The position numbers and the translations under genes are program-made. This document shows, piece by piece, positions 24,892 to 31,588 of a DNA stretch of 31,588 nucleotides. The stretch comes from a virus. How positions within the stretch are numbered: the stretch's first letter is position 1; each line of letters opens with the position of its first letter. The notes beneath the pieces were generated by a model. That model made no database searches and had not been told where the DNA came from. It worked only from the letters and a program-made list of their open reading frames with translations. Location of the stretch: the IMG/VR virus record IMGVR_UViG_3300025597_000036. One strand, given 5' to 3'.

Positions 24892-25230
24892 TTATTCAAC
24901 TGATGGCTTCACGAAATATTTATTGACCAGGTCATGGATATAGTTTGACCCTCGGCCAATCGCAGCTCCCGTGATCACCTTCCCAAATACCGTCATCGGA
25001 ATTTCAACCCCCAGGAACTGACCCAGCAGATACAACAAATCAAACTCATAAACAAAAGCGCCGATGATACCCACCGCCATCGCGATATACATCAGCGCCC
25101 ATTTATGTTTTGAAATCTTGGGGAAATTCTCAAAAATCTTACCGAACGCAAACTCGACCAGGCTCTCGACCAAAAACGCAAGCAAAAAAATCACTGCCAG
25201 TAACGACAATACCGATAAACTCCCAACCAT
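24892..25230 (-). CDS. Multi-TM small membrane protein, holin candidate
   Basis: ATG 25230 follows GGAGGAAATC (the listed 25242 start is a GTG inside the SD). The product has 3 hydrophobic helices and a charged C-terminus, GRGSNYIHDLVNKYF. Confidence 0.45.
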   Translation of the reverse strand: MVGSLSVLSLLAVIFLLAFLVESLVEFAFGKIFENFPKISKHKWALMYIAMAVGIIGAFVYEFDLLYLLGQFLGVEIPMTVFGKVITGAAIGRGSNYIHDLVNKYFVKPSVE

Positions 25231-25324
25231 GATTTCCTCCACTGTAAAAGAACAAAACCAATAAAATACGTACCCTATTTACATCCTACCAAACCAGAAC
25301 CACACAATCAACGTGACACTTTGG

Positions 25325-25543
25325 TCACCCCACCTTCCACGCATCCACCAACCCCAGCTGAACAGCGCGCGCCACTGCAGTCATCATCGTCTCAGCCTCC
25401 AGTTTGCGCTGCACGCTGTACCTCAAATTCCTCACCCGGCGCGCACTCACTCCCAGTCGGTAGGCTATCGCGCGCGTGGTCAAACCCTCGACCACTAGCT
25501 CTAACACCTGCTGCTCACGCGCCGAAAGCGACACCTGATCCAT
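25325..25543 (-). CDS. LuxR/GerE-type HTH protein (72 aa)
   Basis: LSAREQQVLELVVEGLTTRAIAYRLGVSARRVRNLRYSVQRKL. Confidence 0.8.
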   Translation of the reverse strand: MDQVSLSAREQQVLELVVEGLTTRAIAYRLGVSARRVRNLRYSVQRKLEAETMMTAVARAVQLGLVDAWKVG

Positions 25544-25876
25544 TTACGGCCACTCCATCCACCACAAATGCCACAACCAGGCTTTGGCAAATGCAACCCG
25601 CAACTGCGGGCTTTTCCAACTCTCATAATGCACCCTTACCGTCCACTCTCCATGATGCCTGATCTTATTCGAAGGTGAAAACCACACCCCCACTTCACCA
25701 TATCTATCTTGTGCCATTTGAATCATCAACTTGGCCAGGATCTCCTCCTCACTCCCTGAAAACCGCTGAACAACTTTCCCCCAGGCTTCATCCCCTGTGA
25801 GGAATCGAATTTCATTCACAGCCCGGCTTCTCTGCACGGCCTGACTTTCGCCTTTTTCAAAATAACCAATCATCAT
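25544..25876 (-). CDS. Hypothetical protein (110 aa, Trp-rich C-terminus)
   Basis: ORF tightly packed between the SSB and HTH genes. Confidence 0.6.
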   Translation of the reverse strand: MMIGYFEKGESQAVQRSRAVNEIRFLTGDEAWGKVVQRFSGSEEEILAKLMIQMAQDRYGEVGVWFSPSNKIRHHGEWTVRVHYESWKSPQLRVAFAKAWLWHLWWMEWP

Positions 25877-25881
25877 TACCT

Positions 25882-26304
25882 CTAAAAAGGAATATCATCG
25901 CCGGCCGGATCCACGTTCACTTCCTCGCCCGCCATCATCTCCTCTTTCAGGCTCTCGCTGTGTGGGCTCAGGAATTTCACACTGCTGGCCGTAATCTCGT
26001 ACCCGGCATGAGCTAAATCATCCTGCCCCTTCCAGATCCGCGGTCCGCCTGTCTTCGGGTCGCAGTTCAAAATCCCTTCCACCAGCACCAGCTTGCCCTT
26101 TGCTAAATAATTGTTACAGTTCTCCGCCTGCTTTCCCCAGGCGGAAACCTTGAACCAGGTCGTCACCTTCACCAGCTGCCCGTCCTCGCCCGTGTACTGC
26201 CTGTCCGTTGCCAGCGAAAACGTCGTCACCGCCTGCCCTGCCGGCGTGTACCGCATTTCAGGATCACGCCCAAGCCTTCCTACCACAATAATCTTTTGAA
26301 ACAT
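25882..26304 (-). CDS. ssb: Single-stranded DNA-binding protein
   Basis: OB-fold N-terminus IIVVGRLGRDPEMRYTPAGQAVTTFSLA and acidic tail ending DDIPF. ATG 26304 overlaps the upstream TGA. Confidence 0.92.
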   Translation of the reverse strand: MFQKIIVVGRLGRDPEMRYTPAGQAVTTFSLATDRQYTGEDGQLVKVTTWFKVSAWGKQAENCNNYLAKGKLVLVEGILNCDPKTGGPRIWKGQDDLAHAGYEITASSVKFLSPHSESLKEEMMAGEEVNVDPAGDDIPF

Positions 26305-26723
26305 CACAACTCCTCATCATTTAGATTCAAATAACCTGTGATCACATCCCGCGCCGCCTCAAACCCGCGGCAAATCTCCACCTTGAACCCTTGCTCTCGT
26401 AATTTCTCAATCCACCACAGCTGCTCTTCCGTTGCCTTCGCGCCCCTCCTCAATGATTTCAACTCAATAAACAACCCGTGATAGATCCCAGCCGGCACCG
26501 GAAGACACAAATCAGGCACACCTGGTTTCAACCCCTCACGTTTCAGATTCATCGCTTCCTTACTGTACCTTCCGCGCCCGCGCCCCGTGTACGGCAATTT
26601 CGCCCCATTCGGAACCGCAAACAGCAGCTCCACTTCCGGGTACTCCCTCAGCGTCTCCACCTCCCGCGTCCACCTGAGCAGCTCCGCCTGCTCCGCGTGT
26701 TCAGTGAGTACCTGACCTGTCAT
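26304..26723 (-). CDS. VRR-NUC domain nuclease
   Basis: PD-(D/E)xK-type pattern GVPDLCLP...GLFIELKS...EEQLWWIEKLREQGF. Confidence 0.8.
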   Translation of the reverse strand: MTGQVLTEHAEQAELLRWTREVETLREYPEVELLFAVPNGAKLPYTGRGRGRYSKEAMNLKREGLKPGVPDLCLPVPAGIYHGLFIELKSLRRGAKATEEQLWWIEKLREQGFKVEICRGFEAARDVITGYLNLNDEEL

Positions 26724-26983
26724 TACTCTCCCAAACCTGTCAACAGACTGGCCTGAACAGCCTTTCCTTCATCCTGCTTTCGAAAATACATTGCAATGCT
26801 TGACTCAGGCCAATACTTCAAAATGTGTAATTTATAGTGATATTCACACACCCTGATCATCTCAGGAATTCCGTGCTGATTATCCTGATAAATCACCGAC
26901 CCGCCGCTCATTGTCGTTTCAGCGAGTAAATGTTCTTCACCAGGGTACTGACACTGATTACTTGGAATGTTCATCCTCTCCAC
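26723..26983 (-). CDS. Hypothetical protein (86 aa)
   Basis: ORF with a TAATG junction downstream. The start is either GTG 26983 or ATG 26974. Confidence 0.5.
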   Translation of the reverse strand: MERMNIPSNQCQYPGEEHLLAETTMSGGSVIYQDNQHGIPEMIRVCEYHYKLHILKYWPESSIAMYFRKQDEGKAVQASLLTGLGE

Positions 26984-27326
26984 TACTCCACATAAATATC
27001 ATTTTGTCATACATCGCCATCTTCCTATTTAGTCTGGCAATTTCATTCAGCATTGGATGTTTTTGACACCTTTCAACGTGCCATTGGATTTCTTTCGGTT
27101 CCTTGTAATTAACTCTCTCCCCACACCAGGGGCATCTTGCACTATAAAAAAATCTTCTAAGCTCAAAAACAACATCAATCGCTGACCAGAACGGCCACAA
27201 AACCAAACAACTCAAAATATAAAACACCCGCTGTTTCAATCCTCCCTGAAAAGTTCGAGTGAACATACCCCCTATTGTCGATATCAACCCAAGAACAAGA
27301 TAGACAAAAAGGTAATTCCAAATCAT
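26958..27326 (-). CDS. Membrane protein with C-terminal Cys/His motif
   Basis: ATG 27326 follows a perfect SD (AAGGAGGAAAAATG). Two TM helices, then CPWCGERVNY...HVERCQKH. The coding sequence is AT-rich. Confidence 0.6.
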   Translation of the reverse strand: MIWNYLFVYLVLGLISTIGGMFTRTFQGGLKQRVFYILSCLVLWPFWSAIDVVFELRRFFYSARCPWCGERVNYKEPKEIQWHVERCQKHPMLNEIARLNRKMAMYDKMIFMWSSGEDEHSK

Positions 27327-27339
27327 TTTTCCTCCTTTT

Positions 27340-27678
27340 TTAGCCATACATAGAAATCAAGGCCCTAACACCAATAATGTTTCCATCGGTATCCCTTACA
27401 GCAAAAGTGGATGTATCTGGAGAATAAATATCGGCTCTATACGGTAACGCCTGCGCAACCTTGCTCGACACAATATAAATTGTGTCAGGTTTGGGCTGTC
27501 GGGATTGAAACTGTGAAAACAATTTACTCAACCAATCGCGGATTTCTTCTTCATATCGCTCAACATAAATCAACATCACAAATACTAGACCGCAGGTTGC
27601 AAACGCAACCCAAAAACTGTCAATTAACGAAAACGAAAGAAAAACAAATAAGAAATAAATTTTTTTATAATCAATCAT
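27340..27678 (-). CDS. Membrane protein (N-terminal two TM helices)
   Basis: SD GGGGAGGAAAAATG. Sequence IYFLFVFLSFSLIDSFWVAFATCGLVFVMLIYV. The coding sequence is AT-rich. Confidence 0.6.
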   Translation of the reverse strand: MIDYKKIYFLFVFLSFSLIDSFWVAFATCGLVFVMLIYVERYEEEIRDWLSKLFSQFQSRQPKPDTIYIVSSKVAQALPYRADIYSPDTSTFAVRDTDGNIIGVRALISMYG

Positions 27679-28142
27679 TTTTCCTCCCCTGAAAAAACAC
27701 TCGTCGCCGTTTCAAACCTTTCAATCAACTCTTTATGTAATCTTTCCGCAGACTCTCTGCCCTCGCGCAAATCATCCCTGGTGATCCCGGCATAATAATC
27801 CGGGTTCCTTGAAATCTCCTGATCGATCATCTCCTGGGCAAACAACGGATATTTTTTCTCCATTCTGCGAACCAACCGTTTTTTTCTGATAACGGCCAGT
27901 TTTTCTTGACTCATCTCCCTCACCGGTTCGCAGATCGCCTGGAAACAGACACAATAACCATCGCCTGGTTGATGCATTGCTCTGATTTTCTCAGGAATCG
28001 TCTTCTCGCCCCTTGCCATCCGCTCATCCCGTTGATTGGCAGTCTCAAACATTTCCGCCTTAACCAACGGTTGACCGTCTAATGGCGGTTTATACGGATT
28101 CGACCACTCAACAGAGTAGCGATAACCTAATACTTTGCTCAT
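27675..28142 (-). CDS. Hypothetical protein (155 aa)
   Basis: ORF with ATGA overlaps at both ends. Confidence 0.6.
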   Translation of the reverse strand: MSKVLGYRYSVEWSNPYKPPLDGQPLVKAEMFETANQRDERMARGEKTIPEKIRAMHQPGDGYCVCFQAICEPVREMSQEKLAVIRKKRLVRRMEKKYPLFAQEMIDQEISRNPDYYAGITRDDLREGRESAERLHKELIERFETATSVFSGEEK

Positions 28143-29017
28143 TCCATCTCCACCGGAAACTCATTCCACTCCCGCCCGTCCAGCATACGACCGGCGATTG
28201 TTTTTCCAACTCGATAGAACGTTCTGTTATGAGCGTAGGTCTGTTTCCGGTTTGCCAGAGACAGACCCTGAGGATATTCCGCAACCCACTCCCCCCAGTG
28301 CTTGAAAAAAAACGGCACGCCCGCGTCCAGACATTGATCCAGCAGCCCCCGCGCCCAGTCCGGGTGCATCGGCCTCGCATCTGGACCAGTTTCTCCTCCA
28401 CAGATCACCCAGTCCAAACCAATTGCCTCAGACAATCCCCATGTCATCTTGTAATTTTCATGAAATGGTGGATATTGGAAATATGGTTCTAGATTCACTG
28501 GTCCCAGCATGGGCTCAACGCTGACGAACCTAACAACTGCCGGCGTTTTCAATAACCACGGGATCCGCTCATCCGCTGCCTGCTGGTTTTCAGCAGAAAC
28601 TCCCAGCCACACATTTTTCAACGGCCAATCATGCAAAACCGAATTATTGCGTCCAACAGGAAAATGGTTTTCCCACTGGCACAAAAAATCGCTCATTCTC
28701 TGCGGTCGTTTCGTCAAGATCATAAACGTGTGTTTTTCAGCCTGGGCCATCACCGAGAACACGTTCCAGATAAAATCATCCGTCACGTCCGGGTGAAACA
28801 GATCACTCATCGAATTTACGAACACCCTCGACGGTATCATCCAGTGCAGAGGTTCTTCCAATTTTTCTTCGTGACAGAGAACCTCATGAAACTTTCGCGC
28901 GCCCCAGAAACGCAATGCCATTCGTTCAGCGTAGCAGTTTCGGCATCCTTCGCTGACTTTCGTACATCCGGTCACCGGGTTCCACACCCGGTCTGCCCAT
29001 TCAATTTTGGTTCTCAT
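28139..29017 (-). CDS. DUF5131 (phage Gp37/Gp68 family) protein
   Basis: N-terminal signature KIEWADRVWNPVTGCTKVSEGCRNCYAE. Confidence 0.8.
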   Translation of the reverse strand: MRTKIEWADRVWNPVTGCTKVSEGCRNCYAERMALRFWGARKFHEVLCHEEKLEEPLHWMIPSRVFVNSMSDLFHPDVTDDFIWNVFSVMAQAEKHTFMILTKRPQRMSDFLCQWENHFPVGRNNSVLHDWPLKNVWLGVSAENQQAADERIPWLLKTPAVVRFVSVEPMLGPVNLEPYFQYPPFHENYKMTWGLSEAIGLDWVICGGETGPDARPMHPDWARGLLDQCLDAGVPFFFKHWGEWVAEYPQGLSLANRKQTYAHNRTFYRVGKTIAGRMLDGREWNEFPVEME

Positions 29018-29034
29018 GAGGTCCCCCTTTCTCT

Positions 29035-29220
29035 CTACTTCTCTTCAGCTGAATATCTTCCGCCGGTCCAGCACGTCAGCCCGATTGCAGCCACCAGGCA
29101 CGCGATCGCGATGAATTTGAACAGCTGATGCTCGGGCGGAACGGCCAGGTAATACGTCCCGGCTAACGCAACTGAAAGGATTACAACTGCAATCTTCGCA
29201 AATGCCACAACTTTTTTCAT
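29035..29220 (-). CDS. Small two-TM membrane protein (61 aa)
   Basis: ATG 29220 follows ACGGAGGAAAAAA (the listed 29241 start is a TTG). Confidence 0.55.
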   Translation of the reverse strand: MKKVVAFAKIAVVILSVALAGTYYLAVPPEHQLFKFIAIACLVAAIGLTCWTGGRYSAEEK

Positions 29221-29271
29221 TTTTTTCCTCCGTTTGAACAAAAAGACTCAAACCAATAGATCAACTGAAAA

Positions 29272-29508
29272 TCAATTCCTCGACTCTACCAGTCCCTCCT
29301 TTTCCCTCGCCGGCGTGCACCGGCTTTCGATTTCAGCCACTTCCGCCGCGATCTTCCCGCGGTTCGCCTGGAACCATGCGTGCCCCAGCTTCGACACAAT
29401 TCTCATCCGCAAAATACGAATCGCCTCATCGTGCCCGAACGCTTTAAAATCGGCACGGTATTGCTCACGTTGTTCCATCGTTAGAATGGTTGTTTTACCC
29501 TTGATCAT
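29272..29508 (-). CDS. Hypothetical protein (78 aa)
   Basis: ORF in the operon series with SD-like AGGTGATGG. Confidence 0.5.
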   Translation of the reverse strand: MIKGKTTILTMEQREQYRADFKAFGHDEAIRILRMRIVSKLGHAWFQANRGKIAAEVAEIESRCTPAREKEGLVESRN

Positions 29509-29515
29509 CCATCAC

Positions 29516-29743
29516 CTAAACCTTAATCAGGTCAAACTTGCTCCACCACCCATCACGGCCATAGAATCTGCATTTCACCAGCCGTCCATCCGGTTCTAGA
29601 TCAACCACCATTCCTTTCCCCAGGTCTTTCCTCTCGCGGATCTGCACCCGGTCCCCGCGTTTCACCTGCACTGCCGGCCTTTCTGGTATCAGATTCGGCG
29701 GAAAAAGAAACGTATTTTTTTCCTGATATTTCGCGATCATCAT
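29516..29743 (-). CDS. Hypothetical small protein (75 aa, SH3/KOW-like beta pattern)
   Basis: SD GAGGAGGA precedes ATGATG. Confidence 0.5.
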   Translation of the reverse strand: MMIAKYQEKNTFLFPPNLIPERPAVQVKRGDRVQIRERKDLGKGMVVDLEPDGRLVKCRFYGRDGWWSKFDLIKV

Positions 29744-29749
29744 TCCTCC

Positions 29750-30655
29750 TCAGTGATTGATAAACTCCGCAAATTTCCCTTCAGAATCCCGTTTACGTGC
29801 GTTTTTTGGGATCGTCTCTCGCTTACGCTCTGCCAGGATCATCTGGCAAGGCTTCTCAATGCTCCACGGTCCCGCAATTCGGTATTTCTTTGCCGTCAGC
29901 TCTTCACACGCCTGACGCATAATTTCAGGCGTGACACCCATGTCAATCAACCTGGCCAGTGCCTTGAACCACTGATCCATGATCTTGGACTGGTTGATGG
30001 GGGCGGTCAGCTTTGAAATTTGCTCGAACTGGGTGATTACGTCCTGTCTTACCCAGGAATTTCCAGCGTTGTTGTCGTCGCCGGCGCCTGTCGCCGGAAC
30101 ATCAACATCATCATTTTCATTTTCATCATCATTTACATCATCATCATCATCTACATCTTGGCAACTAATGACAGCTTTACTCATCACTGTACTTGTCTCT
30201 GTACAGACCTCTGTACTTATCGCTGTACAGTCATTTACAAACCCGCCCAACGATTTCCAGTTGCGTTCAATGATCTCCCGCCCTGGACCGTGATAATGTT
30301 CCCTGTCAATCCAGCCTTCCGGCGCCGCGTACTTAGACGGCCCCGCCCAGCGCATGGTTTGATATCTCCACCAGTGCCTGATCTGGATGAGATTTTTTCC
30401 GTCCTTTTCGTAACGTACGATCTTGCCGGCCGCCGCGAATTTCTCAAGTGCTATTTGAATCATTTTCAAATCGATATCGTCACCCGGGAACAGGTGTGAT
30501 TTGATCAATCTCACGTTATCCTGAAATCTGCCCTGGTCATCTGGCTCTCCAGTCAGCAGCCCCACCCACACCAGCCGCTCAAAAATGGAAAGTTCCAGGA
30601 AGAAATCATCCTCCCAGATTTCAGGATCGATCATGCGCCCTTTTTTGACGGCCAT
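29750..30655 (-). CDS. Replisome organizer / replication initiator-like protein
   Basis: ATG 30655 overlaps the upstream TAA (TAATG). The N-domain IDPEIWEDDFFLELSIFERLVWVGLLTGEPDDQG resembles phage replisome organizers. A poly-acidic linker and a helical C-domain follow. Confidence 0.65.
   Translation of the reverse strand: MAVKKGRMIDPEIWEDDFFLELSIFERLVWVGLLTGEPDDQGRFQDNVRLIKSHLFPGDDIDLKMIQIALEKFAAAGKIVRYEKDGKNLIQIRHWWRYQTMRWAGPSKYAAPEGWIDREHYHGPGREIIERNWKSLGGFVNDCTAISTEVCTETSTVMSKAVISCQDVDDDDDVNDDENENDDVDVPATGAGDDNNAGNSWVRQDVITQFEQISKLTAPINQSKIMDQWFKALARLIDMGVTPEIMRQACEELTAKKYRIAGPWSIEKPCQMILAERKRETIPKNARKRDSEGKFAEFINH
30187..30234. promoter_or_regulatory. Four tandem 12-bp iterons (origin candidate) inside the replication gene
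   Basis: ctgtacttgtct / ctgtacagacct / ctgtacttatcg / ctgtacagtcat, with CTGTAC at 30187, 30199, 30211 and 30223. An A/T-rich cat/att repeat tract lies adjacent at ~30095-30175. Confidence 0.55.
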
Positions 30656-30885
30656 TATTCCTCCAGCCCGTGTTCGGCGTTCAAAAACCGAATGTCGTAG
30701 GTATTCGTCTCTGGATGTACTCCAATGATGACCCCTGGCAATTCCTCTCTGGTCGCGATATTGACTATGCGTAATTCCTCCCCGACAACAGGAAGAAGCA
30801 ACCGCTTCGACCGGTAAACTCCATAAACTTCGGTGCACAATTGACTGCCGCGTTTGACGACAACCGTCTTTTGAATTTCTGTCAT
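30655..30885 (-). CDS. Hypothetical small protein (76 aa)
   Basis: ATG 30885 follows GAGGAA. The listed 31194 start lies inside the upstream gene. Confidence 0.55.
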   Translation of the reverse strand: MTEIQKTVVVKRGSQLCTEVYGVYRSKRLLLPVVGEELRIVNIATREELPGVIIGVHPETNTYDIRFLNAEHGLEE

Positions 30886-30892
30886 GGATTCC

Positions 30893-31309
30893 TCATTGAA
30901 CAATACTGATTTGCGGTCCCCACATTCGGGCCGCTCCCTTGCGCATTGCTTTTTCCTGCTCAAGCAGATCCATCGCAAAATCGTGAAATTGGACCTGCAG
31001 CATGGGTTGCAGTTCTTCCCAGCCGGAGCACATCCAATACCCGCCCTTAGTTCCTCCAGTGGATCCAATGGGAAACCCTTGCTTGCGCAGGTTGTTGATC
31101 GCTTCACGAAAATAACGGGTTTCGTTGATCTTGAAGCCCTGACACTGTAATTCAAACAGCAGCCGTGCCCCGCTGATCGAATTCTTGCGGCCAACGTGAA
31201 AGCTCAGGATGAGCAAGACCGATTTTTCTAGCCGCTGTGATTCCTCATCCATCATGCTGGCCAACCTGTGGGCTTCGCTTCCAATATTGAGTGGGATTGT
31301 TTCAGTCAT
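30893..31309 (-). CDS. Winged-helix-like hypothetical protein (138 aa)
   Basis: ATG 31309 follows GGAGAGA. The segment RYFREAINNLRKQGFPIGSTGGTKGGYWMC resembles wHTH replication and regulatory proteins. Confidence 0.55.
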   Translation of the reverse strand: MTETIPLNIGSEAHRLASMMDEESQRLEKSVLLILSFHVGRKNSISGARLLFELQCQGFKINETRYFREAINNLRKQGFPIGSTGGTKGGYWMCSGWEELQPMLQVQFHDFAMDLLEQEKAMRKGAARMWGPQISIVQ

Positions 31310-31325
31310 CACTATCTCTCCACCA

Positions 31326-31359
31326 GCCCGCCCTGGAAAGGAGAGGAACCAGGGCGGGC
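31326..31359 (-). promoter_or_regulatory. 11-bp GC hairpin with anti-SD loop
   Basis: gcccgccctgg-N12-ccagggcgggc. On the minus-strand transcript the loop UUCCUCUCCUUU contains CUCUCC, complementary to the GGAGAG SD of the gene starting at 31309. Confidence 0.6.
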
Positions 31360-31378
31360 ACCATAAGGAGGAAAAATG

Positions 31379-31588
31379 CTATTGAATAACCGCGTCTTTC
31401 AACGGGTCTTTGATTTCAGCAGGAAGGTACTCAAACAAATCGTTGTCGATCTGCGCTGAAGGCACCTCCAGAAATGAAACAAATTCCGGCCGCTCTTCTA
31501 ACATTGCTCGCTCAAGTTTGATTTTGTTGAAGGTCAACAGTTCCGGGTGGCGCTCGATAGCCCAGGCTACCGCCTCGTCGTGGCGGTA
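31379..31588 (-). CDS. Wrap-around CDS, 3' part (same 177-aa protein; 31462-31588 duplicates 1-127)
   Basis: The frame from 451 continues ...PEFVSFLEVPSAQIDNDLFEYLPAEIKDPLKDAVIQ and ends at TAG (31381-31379). The distance from 31462 to 31381 is 81 nt, a multiple of 3. Confidence 0.6.
   Translation of the reverse strand, partial: YRHDEAVAWAIERHPELLTFNKIKLERAMLEERPEFVSFLEVPSAQIDNDLFEYLPAEIKDPLKDAVIQ
31462..31588. repeat. Terminal direct repeat copy 2 (circular-closure overlap)
   Basis: Identical to 1-127. The unique genome length is therefore 31,461 bp. Confidence 0.95.

Noticed and set aside
1-31588. Interpreting the 127-bp terminal repeat as a physical DTR of the virion
   Set aside because: The repeat bisects a gene, and the HNH/terminase layout predicts cos ends near 24 kb. 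Assembly-type circular closure is the simpler reading, though only read-level data can settle it.

Overview
The window is a complete, circularly closed genome of about 31.46 kb from a temperate siphovirus-type tailed phage. Bases 1-127 are identical to 31462-31588, and one ORF reads in frame across that junction, so the unique length is 31,461 bp. About 90% of the genome is one minus-strand transcription series. It starts at a divergent immunity switch near 2.1 kb and wraps through the junction in this order:

- Early genes: cro-like, then Gam/Gp157-like.
- Replication genes: a replisome organizer with internal iterons, DUF5131, VRR-NUC, SSB.
- A small LuxR-type HTH protein and two membrane (holin-like) proteins.
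- Packaging and head genes: HNH, TerS, TerL, a DUF115/GT42-like insert, portal, ClpP-type protease, scaffold, P22-type coat.
- Neck and tail genes: neck proteins, major tail protein, G/GT chaperone with an A7 -1 frameshift, tape measure, tail tip proteins.
- GH25 endolysin, metallophosphoesterase and a small wHTH protein.

The plus strand carries only the lysogeny operon (2154-5786): an XRE-type repressor, a Zn-ribbon tail-anchored protein, a membrane-anchored thermonuclease-Excalibur protein and a large serine integrase.

The features that ordinary gene content does not explain are:

1. A 0.6-kb ORF-free, hairpin-rich segment (696-1291) in an otherwise gap-free genome. It is bracketed by two G6-loop hairpins exactly 500 bp apart.
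2. A roughly 27-nt element made of three CGCAAAG heptads. It recurs four times, always in transcript orientation, in tail-module intergenic gaps.
3. The membrane nuclease pair sitting in the classical superinfection-exclusion slot.
4. A glycosyltransferase-like gene between terminase and portal.
5. Four exact 12-bp-phased CTGTAC iterons inside the replication gene.

All functional calls rest on motif recognition by eye. No database search was run.
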